DNA from: Bdellovibrionia bacterium
GTDB lineage: Bacteria; Bdellovibrionota; UBA1018
NCBI GenBank assembly: GCA_045805065.1
Contig: JBJMMA010000064.1
Coordinates: forward strand, 1 to 27,981
Reading direction: 5' to 3'
DNA length: 27,981 nt
Shown: one piece after another, positions 16,818-25,949 of the stretch
Layout: each line of letters begins with the position of its first letter
Position numbering within the stretch: the stretch's first letter is position 1
Program-made: the position numbers and the translations under genes
Notes under the pieces: generated by a model
The model's database searches: none
What the model saw: only the letters and a program-made list of their open reading frames with translations
Told to the model about the DNA's origin: nothing

Positions 16818-18080
16818 ATGCGCGAACTCTTGAAAAAGCCCCAGGCCAAGTACTGGGCACTTGGCTTTGCTGTTCTGGTCGGAATTCTCTTTCGCCTGAT
16901 CTGGGCCACCGACATGGAATACAAAAAAGACGAGTGGACCATGTTCACGGCCACGCAAGAGATCGGCATCACCAAGCCCTGGCCCTGGCTTGGAATGGAA
17001 TCTGGCGTCGGCACGCTCAATCCTGGAATGAGCATGTGGCTCTTTGTGGCCATCGCGCGCGTTTTCCAGGCCACTGATCCTGTTGGCCTCGTTCGTGGAG
17101 TTCAGACGCTCAATTGCCTGGCGCTCATTATTCTCGCAGTTTTTGCTGCCAAATGGTCAAGCAAAAGTGAAAAGACGCGCGAGACATGGATGTGGGGCGC
17201 GGCAATCGCGGCGCTCAACCCGCTTGCAGTTCTCACTGAAAGAAAAATCTGGGCTCAATCCGCCCTTCCCCTTTTCAGCATGATTGCGCTCATTGGCTAT
17301 CTAAAACGCAATCAAAGGAGCTACGCCTTTGTCTGGGGACTCTTAGGCGCATGCCTGGGCCAAGTTCATATGCCAGGTTTTTTCTTCAGCCTTGTGCTTC
17401 TCATCTGGGCCATCGCATTTGATCCAGAGCGGAAGAAGACCCGCTGGGGAGCCTATCTCCTGGGAAGCATCCTTGGAGCACTTCCCCTACTTCCCTGGCT
17501 TAAATACATGCACGATAACCCGTCGTCCTCACCGGGATTCAGAGAGCCTCTCTCGCTTCAATACTGGGTTCTTTGGCTCAGCGATGCGATTGGCGCAGGA
17601 CTCGATTATTCGCTCAGGCGCGATTTCAAGGATTTCCTCTTTTTCCCGTACCTCGGCGAGCGCCCGACTTATCTCGTTGGCGTTCTCCATATTCTTGCCA
17701 TCATCATCGGGCTCGTCATTTTCTACGGCGCCATACGCAGATTCTTTTCTCAGAAAGGCCAGAAGATCAGGACTCTTTTGGGAATGACCTCGCCAGAGGC
17801 TCTCGTCCTGAGCGCTTCCTTCTTTGGGTACGGCCTACTCATGACTTTGATCGGAGTGCTGATCCACCGTCACTACCTGATCCTTACCTTTCCACTCGAG
17901 TTCCTCTGGCTGGCATGCCTGGGCACTTACCAAAGATCCGAACGCCTTGGCCGCGTGGCGCTTTTATCGATGTGCGTGGTTCAGGCGATGATTTCACTCA
18001 GTTTCCTGAGCTACATCCACGTTCGAGGCGGCTCGCCGAACGGTGATTACGGCGTCGCCTACTCGCATCAAAAGCGATAA
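16818..18080 (+). CDS. Polytopic GT-C fold glycosyltransferase-like protein (ArnT/PMT-like)
   Basis: First TM ending in FR, loop with YKKDE (DE motif), many TMs, NP...RKIW and QVH motifs typical of this broad group. Confidence 0.65.
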   Translation: MRELLKKPQAKYWALGFAVLVGILFRLIWATDMEYKKDEWTMFTATQEIGITKPWPWLGMESGVGTLNPGMSMWLFVAIARVFQATDPVGLVRGVQTLNCLALIILAVFAAKWSSKSEKTRETWMWGAAIAALNPLAVLTERKIWAQSALPLFSMIALIGYLKRNQRSYAFVWGLLGACLGQVHMPGFFFSLVLLIWAIAFDPERKKTRWGAYLLGSILGALPLLPWLKYMHDNPSSSPGFREPLSLQYWVLWLSDAIGAGLDYSLRRDFKDFLFFPYLGERPTYLVGVLHILAIIIGLVIFYGAIRRFFSQKGQKIRTLLGMTSPEALVLSASFFGYGLLMTLIGVLIHRHYLILTFPLEFLWLACLGTYQRSERLGRVALLSMCVVQAMISLSFLSYIHVRGGSPNGDYGVAYSHQKR

Positions 18081-18124
18081 CCGCTGAGTTGGAAATTTAG
18101 CGAGCTTTCCCTTATGATGAGGGA

Positions 18125-19459
18125 ATGAAGCACATCGCGATCGTCTCGATTCTTTTTTCGGCACTCAGTATTTCATGGGCTCATGGAGCCTACGCGGGAG
18201 ACACCCCCTACATTGCCGTAGGAAAGGCAAAAGCTGAAAAAGCGGTCATTGCCATGCCTGAGATCCGCACTGGCGGAAACCGTGAGCTTGCGACCCTTGG
18301 AAAAGAGATCAGCGACACGGTCACCAACGACCTGAACTTCATGGACATGTTCAAGTTCCTGGGCTCGTCCGCTTTCGTCGAAGACACATCCAAGGCAGGC
18401 ATCACGCTCGATCAGTTCAAGCTCTCAGATTGGACCAGCATCGGTGCAAAGCTTTTGATCAAGTCCCAGCTCTCGAGTCAGAACGGAAACCTAGTTCTTG
18501 AGTCATATCTTTACGACACTTATGGCGCGCGCCAGCTTTTGGGAAAACGTTTCGTTGCCTTGCGCTCTGATGTGAAAACTCTCGCTCACTCACTTGCCAA
18601 CAGCGTCGTCGAAGCTCTCACCCAACAGCCTGGAATCTTTCTCACCAAGATTGCCATGAGCTGCGAGCGAAACCACCGCAAAGAAATCTACATGATGAAC
18701 TTTGACGGATCCGACGTGAAGCAAGTCACTCAGCATCACTCGATCGCATTTGCTCCTGCCTGGAATCCGGATGGCAACAAGCTCGCTTACTCCGTTTACG
18801 CAAAACATCGCGGAAACATCAAAAACATCGATCTCTTTGAGTTCGACTTCCGCACGAGCACTTACAAAGTCATCTCCAATCGAAAGGGCATCAACAGCGG
18901 CGCGGCCTATAATCCGGATCGCAGCGGACATATCGCGCTCACCATGAGCTTTCTTGGAAACCCTGAGATCTTCGTCTTTAATCCAGGAGCGGATACGGTC
19001 ACGCGTCTCACCAAGTCTTTCGGATTTGACGTCGACCCAGTGTACAGCCCGGATGGAAAATCTCTCGCCTTCGTCTCCTCGCGCTCAGGTCAGCCGATGA
19101 TTTACCGAATGAACGCGGATGGCTCGAACGTCAAGCGCCTCACCTATGCGGGCCATTACAATGCGACTCCGACCTGGTCTCCGATGAACAATAAAATCGG
19201 ATTTGCCGGCGATATTGATGGGCATTTCGATATCTTCATCATGAATCCGGATGGAACCAACATTGAGCGCCTGACCAAAGGTCAGGGCAACAATGAAGAC
19301 CCGAACTTCAGCCCGGACGGAAATTTTCTCGTTTTCTCCTCAAACCGGACTGGTCAAGCCAACATTTATGTGATGAACGTGGATGGTACCTATGTCAAGC
19401 GGCTGACCTACGGCTTGGGGAATTGTTCCTCGCCAAAGTGGTCTCTGCCGCCCAAATAA
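18125..19459 (+). CDS. tolB: Tol-Pal beta-propeller protein TolB
   Basis: Signal peptide, TolB N-domain (NDLNFMDMF...AHSLANSVVEALTQQPGIFLTKIA), PD40 repeats PAWNPDG, PVYSPDG, PTWSP, PNFSPDG. Confidence 0.93.
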   Translation: MKHIAIVSILFSALSISWAHGAYAGDTPYIAVGKAKAEKAVIAMPEIRTGGNRELATLGKEISDTVTNDLNFMDMFKFLGSSAFVEDTSKAGITLDQFKLSDWTSIGAKLLIKSQLSSQNGNLVLESYLYDTYGARQLLGKRFVALRSDVKTLAHSLANSVVEALTQQPGIFLTKIAMSCERNHRKEIYMMNFDGSDVKQVTQHHSIAFAPAWNPDGNKLAYSVYAKHRGNIKNIDLFEFDFRTSTYKVISNRKGINSGAAYNPDRSGHIALTMSFLGNPEIFVFNPGADTVTRLTKSFGFDVDPVYSPDGKSLAFVSSRSGQPMIYRMNADGSNVKRLTYAGHYNATPTWSPMNNKIGFAGDIDGHFDIFIMNPDGTNIERLTKGQGNNEDPNFSPDGNFLVFSSNRTGQANIYVMNVDGTYVKRLTYGLGNCSSPKWSLPPK

Positions 19460-19473
19460 GCTGAAACCGGGAA

Positions 19474-19854
19474 ATGTTCTACAAGAGCCCTTACAATAAT
19501 CCGTCTCAGTATCTTGAAACCGCGCCGCTGACAGATCCGCCTTCATTGGATGAGATCCAAGCTCGAGTTCGCCGTCGATACATTGACCGTCTTTCGCAGC
19601 GCGTGAGACGGATGCGGAAAATGCTTCTTGAACGCAACTGGTCAGAGCTTCGTAACGAGGCTCGTCAAATCCGTGAAGGCGGCGAAGGTTTTGGCTTTGC
19701 TCATTTGACGGAGCTAGCTGCTACGGCAGAACAAGTCATTCCGGAAAATGGCATTTCACGTTTACGCCCTCTGCCGGAAGCAAGACAGGCGGTCGAAGGC
19801 CTGCTCATCGCGATCGATCTGATTTTGGCGGAAGCCAGCGTCACATCGAATTAA
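19474..19854 (+). CDS. Hpt-like helical bundle protein lacking the canonical His
   Basis: WSELRNEARQIREGGEGFGFAHLTELAATAE follows the Hpt pattern xHxLKGxxxxxGxxxLxxLAxxLE with R at the His position. Start uncertain. Confidence 0.6.
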   Translation: MFYKSPYNNPSQYLETAPLTDPPSLDEIQARVRRRYIDRLSQRVRRMRKMLLERNWSELRNEARQIREGGEGFGFAHLTELAATAEQVIPENGISRLRPLPEARQAVEGLLIAIDLILAEASVTSN

Positions 19855-19887
19855 CGCAAAATTAGATTCGCATCTTTACTCGCCGCT

Positions 19888-19943
19888 CCAACTTTAACCA
19901 ACTTTAAATTGATGACCACAAGCTTGAACTCAGGTGGTACAAT
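19888..19943 (+). promoter_or_regulatory. Putative thiolase promoter: tandem CCAACTTTAA x2 (19888-19907) and extended -10 TGGTACAAT (19935-19943)
   Basis: Read directly; GGAG SD and ATG at 19964 follow. Confidence 0.55.
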
Positions 19944-19963
19944 AAGCACTGGAGAACTTAACT

Positions 19964-21244
19964 ATGGCTCAAGATCGCGTCGTCGTCGTTGGTGGTGTTA
20001 GAACTCCTTTTGCCCGTGCCCGCACGGTTTACCAGAAAATGCCTCCATCCGTTCTGGGCGGCATCGTCCTTCGCGAAACTGTCGCTCGTAACGACATTGA
20101 TCCATCGGTCATCGAAGAAATTTACATGGGAATCGTGAGCGCTCCAGCCGACGGCCCGAACGTCGCTCGTGAAGCAGCTTTTGACTCCGGTCTTCCTCCA
20201 ACAATTCCTTGCACGACCATCAATCGTTACTGCGCATCTTCAGCAGAAGCTGCGGCAGCGATTGCTGGAAAGATCGCTGCCGGCCAGATCTCTGCCGGCA
20301 TCGCAGGCGGAATCGAATCCATCAGCAGCATTCGCGCGATTTTCAGCCAGGAAGCAACGGACTTCTTCCAAGACTTTGGTCGTATGAAGACTCCGGCTGC
20401 AAAGCTTCAGCACCTTGCCAAGTTCAAACCTAGCCTTCTTGCTCCGAACGCTCCAGGCATCAAGGAGCCTACGACCGGACTCACCATGGGCCAATCCGCA
20501 GATCTCATGGCTCGTGAGTTCAAAGTCGGACGCGAAGAACAAGACAAGTACGCGGCCGAGAGCCATCTCAAGGCTCACGCTGCCTGGGAGCGTGGATTCT
20601 TCAAATCCCATGTGATTCCAGTCGCAACTCCAGACGGAAAGATCATTGAGCGAGACACCGACATCCGCTCGGACACAAGCGTTGAGAAACTCTCCAAGCT
20701 CAAGCCAGTCTTTTACAAGGACGGAACAATCACCGCAGGAAACGCATCCCCTCTGACGGATGGCGCCTCCGCGGTTCTTCTGATGTCCGAGTCCCGCGCA
20801 CGCGAACTGAACCTCAAGCCCTTGGGCGTGATCCGCAGCTTTGCGACCGCAGCGGTCGATATCAACAAGGAACCTCTTCTTATTGGACCTGCGTTTGTGA
20901 TGCCTAAGGCCCTCAAACAGGCCGGCATCACCTGGAACGACCTCGATCTTTACGAAATCCACGAAGCCTTCGCAGGCCAGGTTCTGGCTACAATTCGTGC
21001 CGTTGAGTCAAAAGAATGGGCCAAAGAAAAGCTGGGAATGGACCAGGCGATTGGCCAGTTTGATCTCTCCAAACTCAACGTCAATGGCGGATCCATTCCA
21101 CTGGGCCACCCCTTTGGTGCTACCGGCGGACGCGTGATTCTTCAAGCTTTGCACGAACTTAGAAATCGTAAGAAGAACCTCGGTCTCATTTCCATCTGCG
21201 CTGCAGGCGGAATGGGCACCGTCATGGTGGTAGAAGCGATTTAA
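19964..21244 (+). CDS. Acetyl-CoA C-acyltransferase (thiolase), FadI/TFE-beta-like
   Basis: GVRTPF, INRYCASS (catalytic Cys), ITAGNASPLTDGASA, EIHEAFAGQ, GHPFGATG, SICAAGGMG. Confidence 0.95.
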   Translation: MAQDRVVVVGGVRTPFARARTVYQKMPPSVLGGIVLRETVARNDIDPSVIEEIYMGIVSAPADGPNVAREAAFDSGLPPTIPCTTINRYCASSAEAAAAIAGKIAAGQISAGIAGGIESISSIRAIFSQEATDFFQDFGRMKTPAAKLQHLAKFKPSLLAPNAPGIKEPTTGLTMGQSADLMAREFKVGREEQDKYAAESHLKAHAAWERGFFKSHVIPVATPDGKIIERDTDIRSDTSVEKLSKLKPVFYKDGTITAGNASPLTDGASAVLLMSESRARELNLKPLGVIRSFATAAVDINKEPLLIGPAFVMPKALKQAGITWNDLDLYEIHEAFAGQVLATIRAVESKEWAKEKLGMDQAIGQFDLSKLNVNGGSIPLGHPFGATGGRVILQALHELRNRKKNLGLISICAAGGMGTVMVVEAI

Positions 21245-21312
21245 GTTGACCGTTTTAGACGGTTAATGGTACTGCTCCTCGCCAGACAGACCTAGGTCTG
21301 CCGAGAGGTACT

Positions 21313-22542
21313 ATGAATCGTTTGAAACTCGCCTTATCCGCGCTTTGCTTCATTGCGACTGCCCTGCCCTTCAGTCAGGCAAAGGCTGTCGTTCCCACTT
21401 CGCCTGCGTCCTATCGAATTCAGGCTCTTTATGAGAACTCAAGAGAGCTTCCGACGATTCAATTCGTCGCGCAGGCCAAGAAGACGATCGATATCGAGAT
21501 CTACGAAATGGATGATCCGGTCTTTCGTCAGGCCTTGCGTACGGCCCTGAGAAACCATGTCCGCATCCGCGTGATCAAGGAACCCGAGCCCGTCAACGCG
21601 AAGTGCCTCTATTTCGGCCCAAGTCGTCCTATCGATTCGCCAAGCTGCGCGGATGAGAAAAAGCTGATGCTGGAAATCGTTCACGCCGGTGGCGCGGTCG
21701 TTCCGTTCAGCAAAGCGTTTTGTCCTGCGTGGATCCAAGGCAAGTGCCTGGAGCACGGAAAGATGATCCTCATTGATGCGGGCATTCCGATGTCGCAAGC
21801 CGCATTGATCAGCTCAGGAAACTTCAATGCTTCAAACTTCTGCGATCCAAACGCCAACCCGGCGGTTTGTGACCGCGATTACACGCTGATCACGAAAGAT
21901 CCTGAAGTCATCGGCGCATTGTCCGTCATTTTCCAAAGAGACATGGCTGGAGTGCCTTACAACCTGCAAGGGGTTCTCACTCCAAGCGTCAGTCAGAAGC
22001 TGACGGTGAGCCCGCTCTCTCAAGCTCCCCTGGTTGCATTCATCCGCTCAGCCAAGTCGATGATCGTCGTTCAAAACCAATACCTCCATGAGAAACAGAT
22101 CAATCAGGCCCTGATTGAAATGGCTCAAAAGGGCGTGAAGGTTTACGTGAACGTTGCAAGCCTTTGCGCTTTCGGACCACCAACGCCTGAGTCCCTTGAT
22201 CTGAACAACCCAAAGAGCAACGCAGCTCTCATGACGGCCTTTGAACAGGCTGGCATCCAGGTGCGCATGTTCTCGGGCGCGCAGTCGATCAATGGAAAAA
22301 TCGGCTACCTGCATGCCAAGGCCATTCTGATTGATGGCAACCGCGCATGGATGGGCTCCGTCAATGGATCCTCTCCAGGCACGTCGGCAAATCGCGAATT
22401 TGGCCTCTTTTTCAATGATCCCCTGATGGTCAATCATTTGTCGCAGGTGATGCACTATGACTTTGCCGATCCACGCGGCGAAACCTGGCAGGAAAGCGCA
22501 AAATGCCTGCGCGATCCTCCACGCCCCGGCTCGGAAGAATGA
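21313..22542 (+). CDS. Exported phospholipase D superfamily protein (two HKD motifs)
   Basis: Signal peptide ending AKA; HGKMILID...SSGNF and HAKAILID...GSVN...NREFG. Confidence 0.9.
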   Translation: MNRLKLALSALCFIATALPFSQAKAVVPTSPASYRIQALYENSRELPTIQFVAQAKKTIDIEIYEMDDPVFRQALRTALRNHVRIRVIKEPEPVNAKCLYFGPSRPIDSPSCADEKKLMLEIVHAGGAVVPFSKAFCPAWIQGKCLEHGKMILIDAGIPMSQAALISSGNFNASNFCDPNANPAVCDRDYTLITKDPEVIGALSVIFQRDMAGVPYNLQGVLTPSVSQKLTVSPLSQAPLVAFIRSAKSMIVVQNQYLHEKQINQALIEMAQKGVKVYVNVASLCAFGPPTPESLDLNNPKSNAALMTAFEQAGIQVRMFSGAQSINGKIGYLHAKAILIDGNRAWMGSVNGSSPGTSANREFGLFFNDPLMVNHLSQVMHYDFADPRGETWQESAKCLRDPPRPGSEE

Positions 22543-22625
22543 TCCCGGCCCTGGCCCCGGCCAGAACTTAAACAACAGCAATTGAACAAGCTGTTGAATC
22601 CGCGGCGCCTGCGCTACGATAAGAG

Positions 22626-23540
22626 ATGATGAAACGTCTCCGTCGAGCCGGCGCCGCACTTCTTTTAGCTATCGGACTTCTCGCCCTCCCCGCATTCAGC
22701 GAGGCGCAAGGCTCACCTAAAGACGCCACGATCTACATCTCGATCGATCTGGATGGAACTCTTTTTGACACGATTCGCGACCCTCGTCAGGTCGAGACAC
22801 TCGAAGACCTCGTCAAAGCTTCCGATGGTACGCACAAACCTGTTTGGGGTGCTGCGGCCTTTGTTCAAAGCTTGGTGGATATTCCCAACGCGAAGATCGT
22901 TTTTTTCAGCGGCGGCGATTCCGAGCGCAACAAGGAGCTCCTGAGCCAGCTCATGATGAAAGACGGCAAAAGCGCGCTCGATCATGCGTACAAGGTTTTC
23001 TCAAAAGCTGATCTCACGCCAGTTGTGACTGACCCCAACGTCAAAACCGAGCACCAGTATCAGCGCTTGAAAAAGGACCTGAAAAAGATCGACCCATCCA
23101 TCGATCTATCGCGTGTGATTCATGTGGATGATGTGCCCGAGTATGTTCTTCCTGAACAGCGAGCCAATGTTGTTGCCATTGATCCTGCTTATGATTACGT
23201 CGAAAATTATTCGCGCTTCAAAGAGTACCAACGTCAGGGTCTCCATCTAGAGAACCCGCCGCCAAGCCGCCGCCACTGGGCTTATGATACGCAAAGACTG
23301 ATCTACGCCCGCGGCGTGATCGAAGAAGCCCTCGATCTGACCCACCGTCGAGAAGATATCAGCTTGAGAGATGCGGTTGCGCAGCTGCAAAAGAACGGTG
23401 ATCCGCGCCGATTCCTGGATGCAGGAAACAAGGTCTTGGGTCATTACTCCCTGGAGCATACGCGCTTTGCTCGCGAAAAGGCGTGTCCTGACCTGATCCC
23501 TCGCCTCAGTGAGTTCTTAAGAACCTCACCCTCCCATTAA
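22626..23540 (+). CDS. Exported HAD-superfamily phosphatase, FCP1/NIF-like
   Basis: Signal peptide ending SEA; motif I IDLDGTL, motif II FFSGG, motif III/IV KKDLKKIDPSIDLSRVIHVDD. Confidence 0.75.
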   Translation: MMKRLRRAGAALLLAIGLLALPAFSEAQGSPKDATIYISIDLDGTLFDTIRDPRQVETLEDLVKASDGTHKPVWGAAAFVQSLVDIPNAKIVFFSGGDSERNKELLSQLMMKDGKSALDHAYKVFSKADLTPVVTDPNVKTEHQYQRLKKDLKKIDPSIDLSRVIHVDDVPEYVLPEQRANVVAIDPAYDYVENYSRFKEYQRQGLHLENPPPSRRHWAYDTQRLIYARGVIEEALDLTHRREDISLRDAVAQLQKNGDPRRFLDAGNKVLGHYSLEHTRFAREKACPDLIPRLSEFLRTSPSH

Positions 23541-23624
23541 AGGCAAAACCATTACATTTCGAGCACTTATCACGCAGGAAGGGAATTATCTCAGGGCTCT
23601 CTTGGTGCGCTGCGTTAAAAGTTG

Positions 23625-23653
23625 TTGACTCGGGTATGTAAAAACTATAGTAT
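23625..23653 (+). promoter_or_regulatory. Sigma70-type promoter of the sigma54-activator gene
   Basis: TTGACT (23625-23630), 17-nt spacer, TAGTAT (23648-23653). Confidence 0.65.
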
Positions 23654-23775
23654 GTCGCTCGCCTTGATGAAAAAAAAGGCCGTGAGTTTGCAAATTTTAC
23701 GCGAAAAAGATTTGATGCGTCGCAGATTCACGCTAGAAACGGACAACCCAAAGTTTCACCCATAGGCTTTAAAAA

Positions 23776-25491
23776 ATGTCGGACGAGTTAACTAGCAAAT
23801 CATCTAATCCTCAAAAGCGCGCTAAGCAGCTGCGCTTCTTGAACGAGCTTTCGACGAAACTCCAAAGCTTGCTTGAGGCTGAAGATTTCTACCAAGAAAT
23901 TGTCGACACCATTCAAAGCCGCTTCAATTACTACTGCTGTCATATCTTGAGCGTTGGCCAGGACCACTCCTACACGCTTCGCGCCCAAGCAGGCGCATAC
24001 AACACGCATTTGCAAATTGGCCATACCGTCCGTGGCGGCGAAGGCATTTCAGGCCAAGTGATCCGCACCAAGAAGAGCTATCTCTGCAACGACGTGACGG
24101 CTGACAAGCACTACACCAATCTTTCTCTGCCAGTGAACTCGAAATCCGAGCTCACGGTCCCGGTCATCAAGGACAACGAAGTGGTCGCGATCCTCAACGT
24201 CGAGAGCGATCACAAAGACGCGTTCGATGAGGACGATATCGTCACCCTCGAAGTCGTTGCGTCTCAGGTCGGCGTCGCCATGACCAATCGCCGCCTTTAT
24301 AAAGAGGCAAAAGAGTTCAGCAAGAAGCTTCAGCATGCCGTCGAAGAAAAGACGCTCGAGCTTCGCCAGGCTCATGAGCGCATTTTGGAGCAGCAACGCC
24401 TGCTTCAAAAGGAAAACAAAGCCCTCAAGACGCTGGTCAATCAAGACAGCAACAAAATGGAGATCATTGGAAAGAGCCCACCGGTTCTCAACATTCTCTC
24501 CATGGTCGATAAGATTGCTCCAACGACGGCAACAGTCCTCATCCAGGGCGAGAGCGGCACCGGCAAAGAATTGATCGCACGCAGACTTCATCAGAAGAGC
24601 GAGCGCAATGGCAAACCTTACGTCACCGTGAACTGCGGCGCGCTTCAGGAATCCCTTCTTGAGAGCGAGCTCTTTGGTCACGAAAAAGGCGCGTTTACCG
24701 GCGCGGTCGTGCAGAAAATGGGTCTTTGCGAGACCGCTGACGGCGGAACGCTTTTCCTTGATGAGATCGGCGAGATGTCACTTGGAATCCAAGCCAAGCT
24801 CTTGCGCTTCCTCCAGGAAGGCGAGTTCTATCGCATCGGCGGCAAGCGTCCGATCAAGGTTGACGTTCGCGTCGTGAGCGCAACGAATCGTGATCTTGAG
24901 CTTGAGGTGAAAGAGAATCGTTTCCGCGAAGACTTGTTCTATCGCTTGAACACGATCACCCTTCGCATGCCTCCGCTCAGAAAGCGCAAAGAAGATATTC
25001 CGTCCCTGATCGATTACTTCCTGAAGAACTCGCGCTTTGGCGGCTCACATCAGCAGATCAAGCGCATTGACCCTCGCGTTTACGATGTTCTGTCCAATTA
25101 CGATTGGCCAGGCAATATCCGCGAGCTTCAGAACACGATCGAGCGCCTGAAGATTCTGGCCGAAAACCAGGAGATCAAGCTCGATGACATCCCTTTCTCG
25201 ATCCGCATGCCTAAGAACAAGGCTGAAACAAGCGACACAACGATCGATATGCCGCTTGAGGAAGTCGAAAAGAATCACATTTTGCGCACCCTGGCTTATA
25301 ATCATGGCAATAAGACCAAAACGGCCAACAGCCTGGGTGTGACCATCAAGACTCTTTACAATAAGCTCCATCGATATGGCATTATCCAAAGCCAAACGGA
25401 TGGAGCAGTCGCGAACGCTGGAGGCGCCGAACGGGCAAGCCTCACTGCTCAAGCTGCTCAAGCTGCTAAAGAAGAGTTGAACGTCCAATAA
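23776..25491 (+). CDS. Sigma54-dependent enhancer-binding protein (GAF + coiled coil + AAA+ + Fis HTH)
   Basis: GAF motifs [94 protein letters not shown]. Confidence 0.96.
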   Translation: MSDELTSKSSNPQKRAKQLRFLNELSTKLQSLLEAEDFYQEIVDTIQSRFNYYCCHILSVGQDHSYTLRAQAGAYNTHLQIGHTVRGGEGISGQVIRTKKSYLCNDVTADKHYTNLSLPVNSKSELTVPVIKDNEVVAILNVESDHKDAFDEDDIVTLEVVASQVGVAMTNRRLYKEAKEFSKKLQHAVEEKTLELRQAHERILEQQRLLQKENKALKTLVNQDSNKMEIIGKSPPVLNILSMVDKIAPTTATVLIQGESGTGKELIARRLHQKSERNGKPYVTVNCGALQESLLESELFGHEKGAFTGAVVQKMGLCETADGGTLFLDEIGEMSLGIQAKLLRFLQEGEFYRIGGKRPIKVDVRVVSATNRDLELEVKENRFREDLFYRLNTITLRMPPLRKRKEDIPSLIDYFLKNSRFGGSHQQIKRIDPRVYDVLSNYDWPGNIRELQNTIERLKILAENQEIKLDDIPFSIRMPKNKAETSDTTIDMPLEEVEKNHILRTLAYNHGNKTKTANSLGVTIKTLYNKLHRYGIIQSQTDGAVANAGGAERASLTAQAAQAAKEELNVQ

Positions 25492-25514
25492 GCTTTTAGA
25501 ACGGGAGAAACACT

Positions 25515-25949
25515 ATGTCGCCTAAAGTAGCAAAAGAAAGCAAAGCGTCCAAAGCCGAGAAGCCAGCAAAGGCCGGCAAAGAAGCTAAAGCAGCAGGCGC
25601 TTCGCCTAAAAAAGGCGCCAAGGCTTCGGCAAAAGACGAAATCGAAGAAGTCGTCGCCGCTCCAGCTGAAGGCGAACCCCAAGTTGACCTCGAAGAGCTC
25701 GAAGAGCAGGAAGCTGAGCGCGCTGCCAACAGTGGCGGCGGAAACGCAGCAGCTCTTGCCGCTGCAAGCTCCACCACGGAGATGTCGGCATCGTTCAAAA
25801 ACTTCCGCCATCACCCAGACATGGAAAACTTCTATCGCTTCATCTATGAAAACGATCTTCGCCACGAAGCTTTGGCGATCATCGACACGATTCAGACTGA
25901 GAAGCAGGCTCGTCGCGCGATGAAGACCGCGAAGACCAACGCTCATTAA
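25515..25949 (+). CDS. Hypothetical protein: Lys/Ala-rich N-terminus, acidic linker, ordered C-terminal domain
   Basis: GGGAG SD upstream, co-oriented with neighbours, followed by hairpins; C-terminal FRHHPDMENFYRFIYENDLRHEAL. Confidence 0.75.
   Translation: MSPKVAKESKASKAEKPAKAGKEAKAAGASPKKGAKASAKDEIEEVVAAPAEGEPQVDLEELEEQEAERAANSGGGNAAALAAASSTTEMSASFKNFRHHPDMENFYRFIYENDLRHEALAIIDTIQTEKQARRAMKTAKTNAH

Noticed and set aside
15937..16860. 307-aa minus-strand ORF
   Set aside because: Antisense to tolA with no recognisable motifs.
25458..25946. Minus-strand ORFs of 162 and 100 aa
   Set aside because: The plus-strand ORF has an SD, operon orientation and a downstream terminator; these are its shadows.
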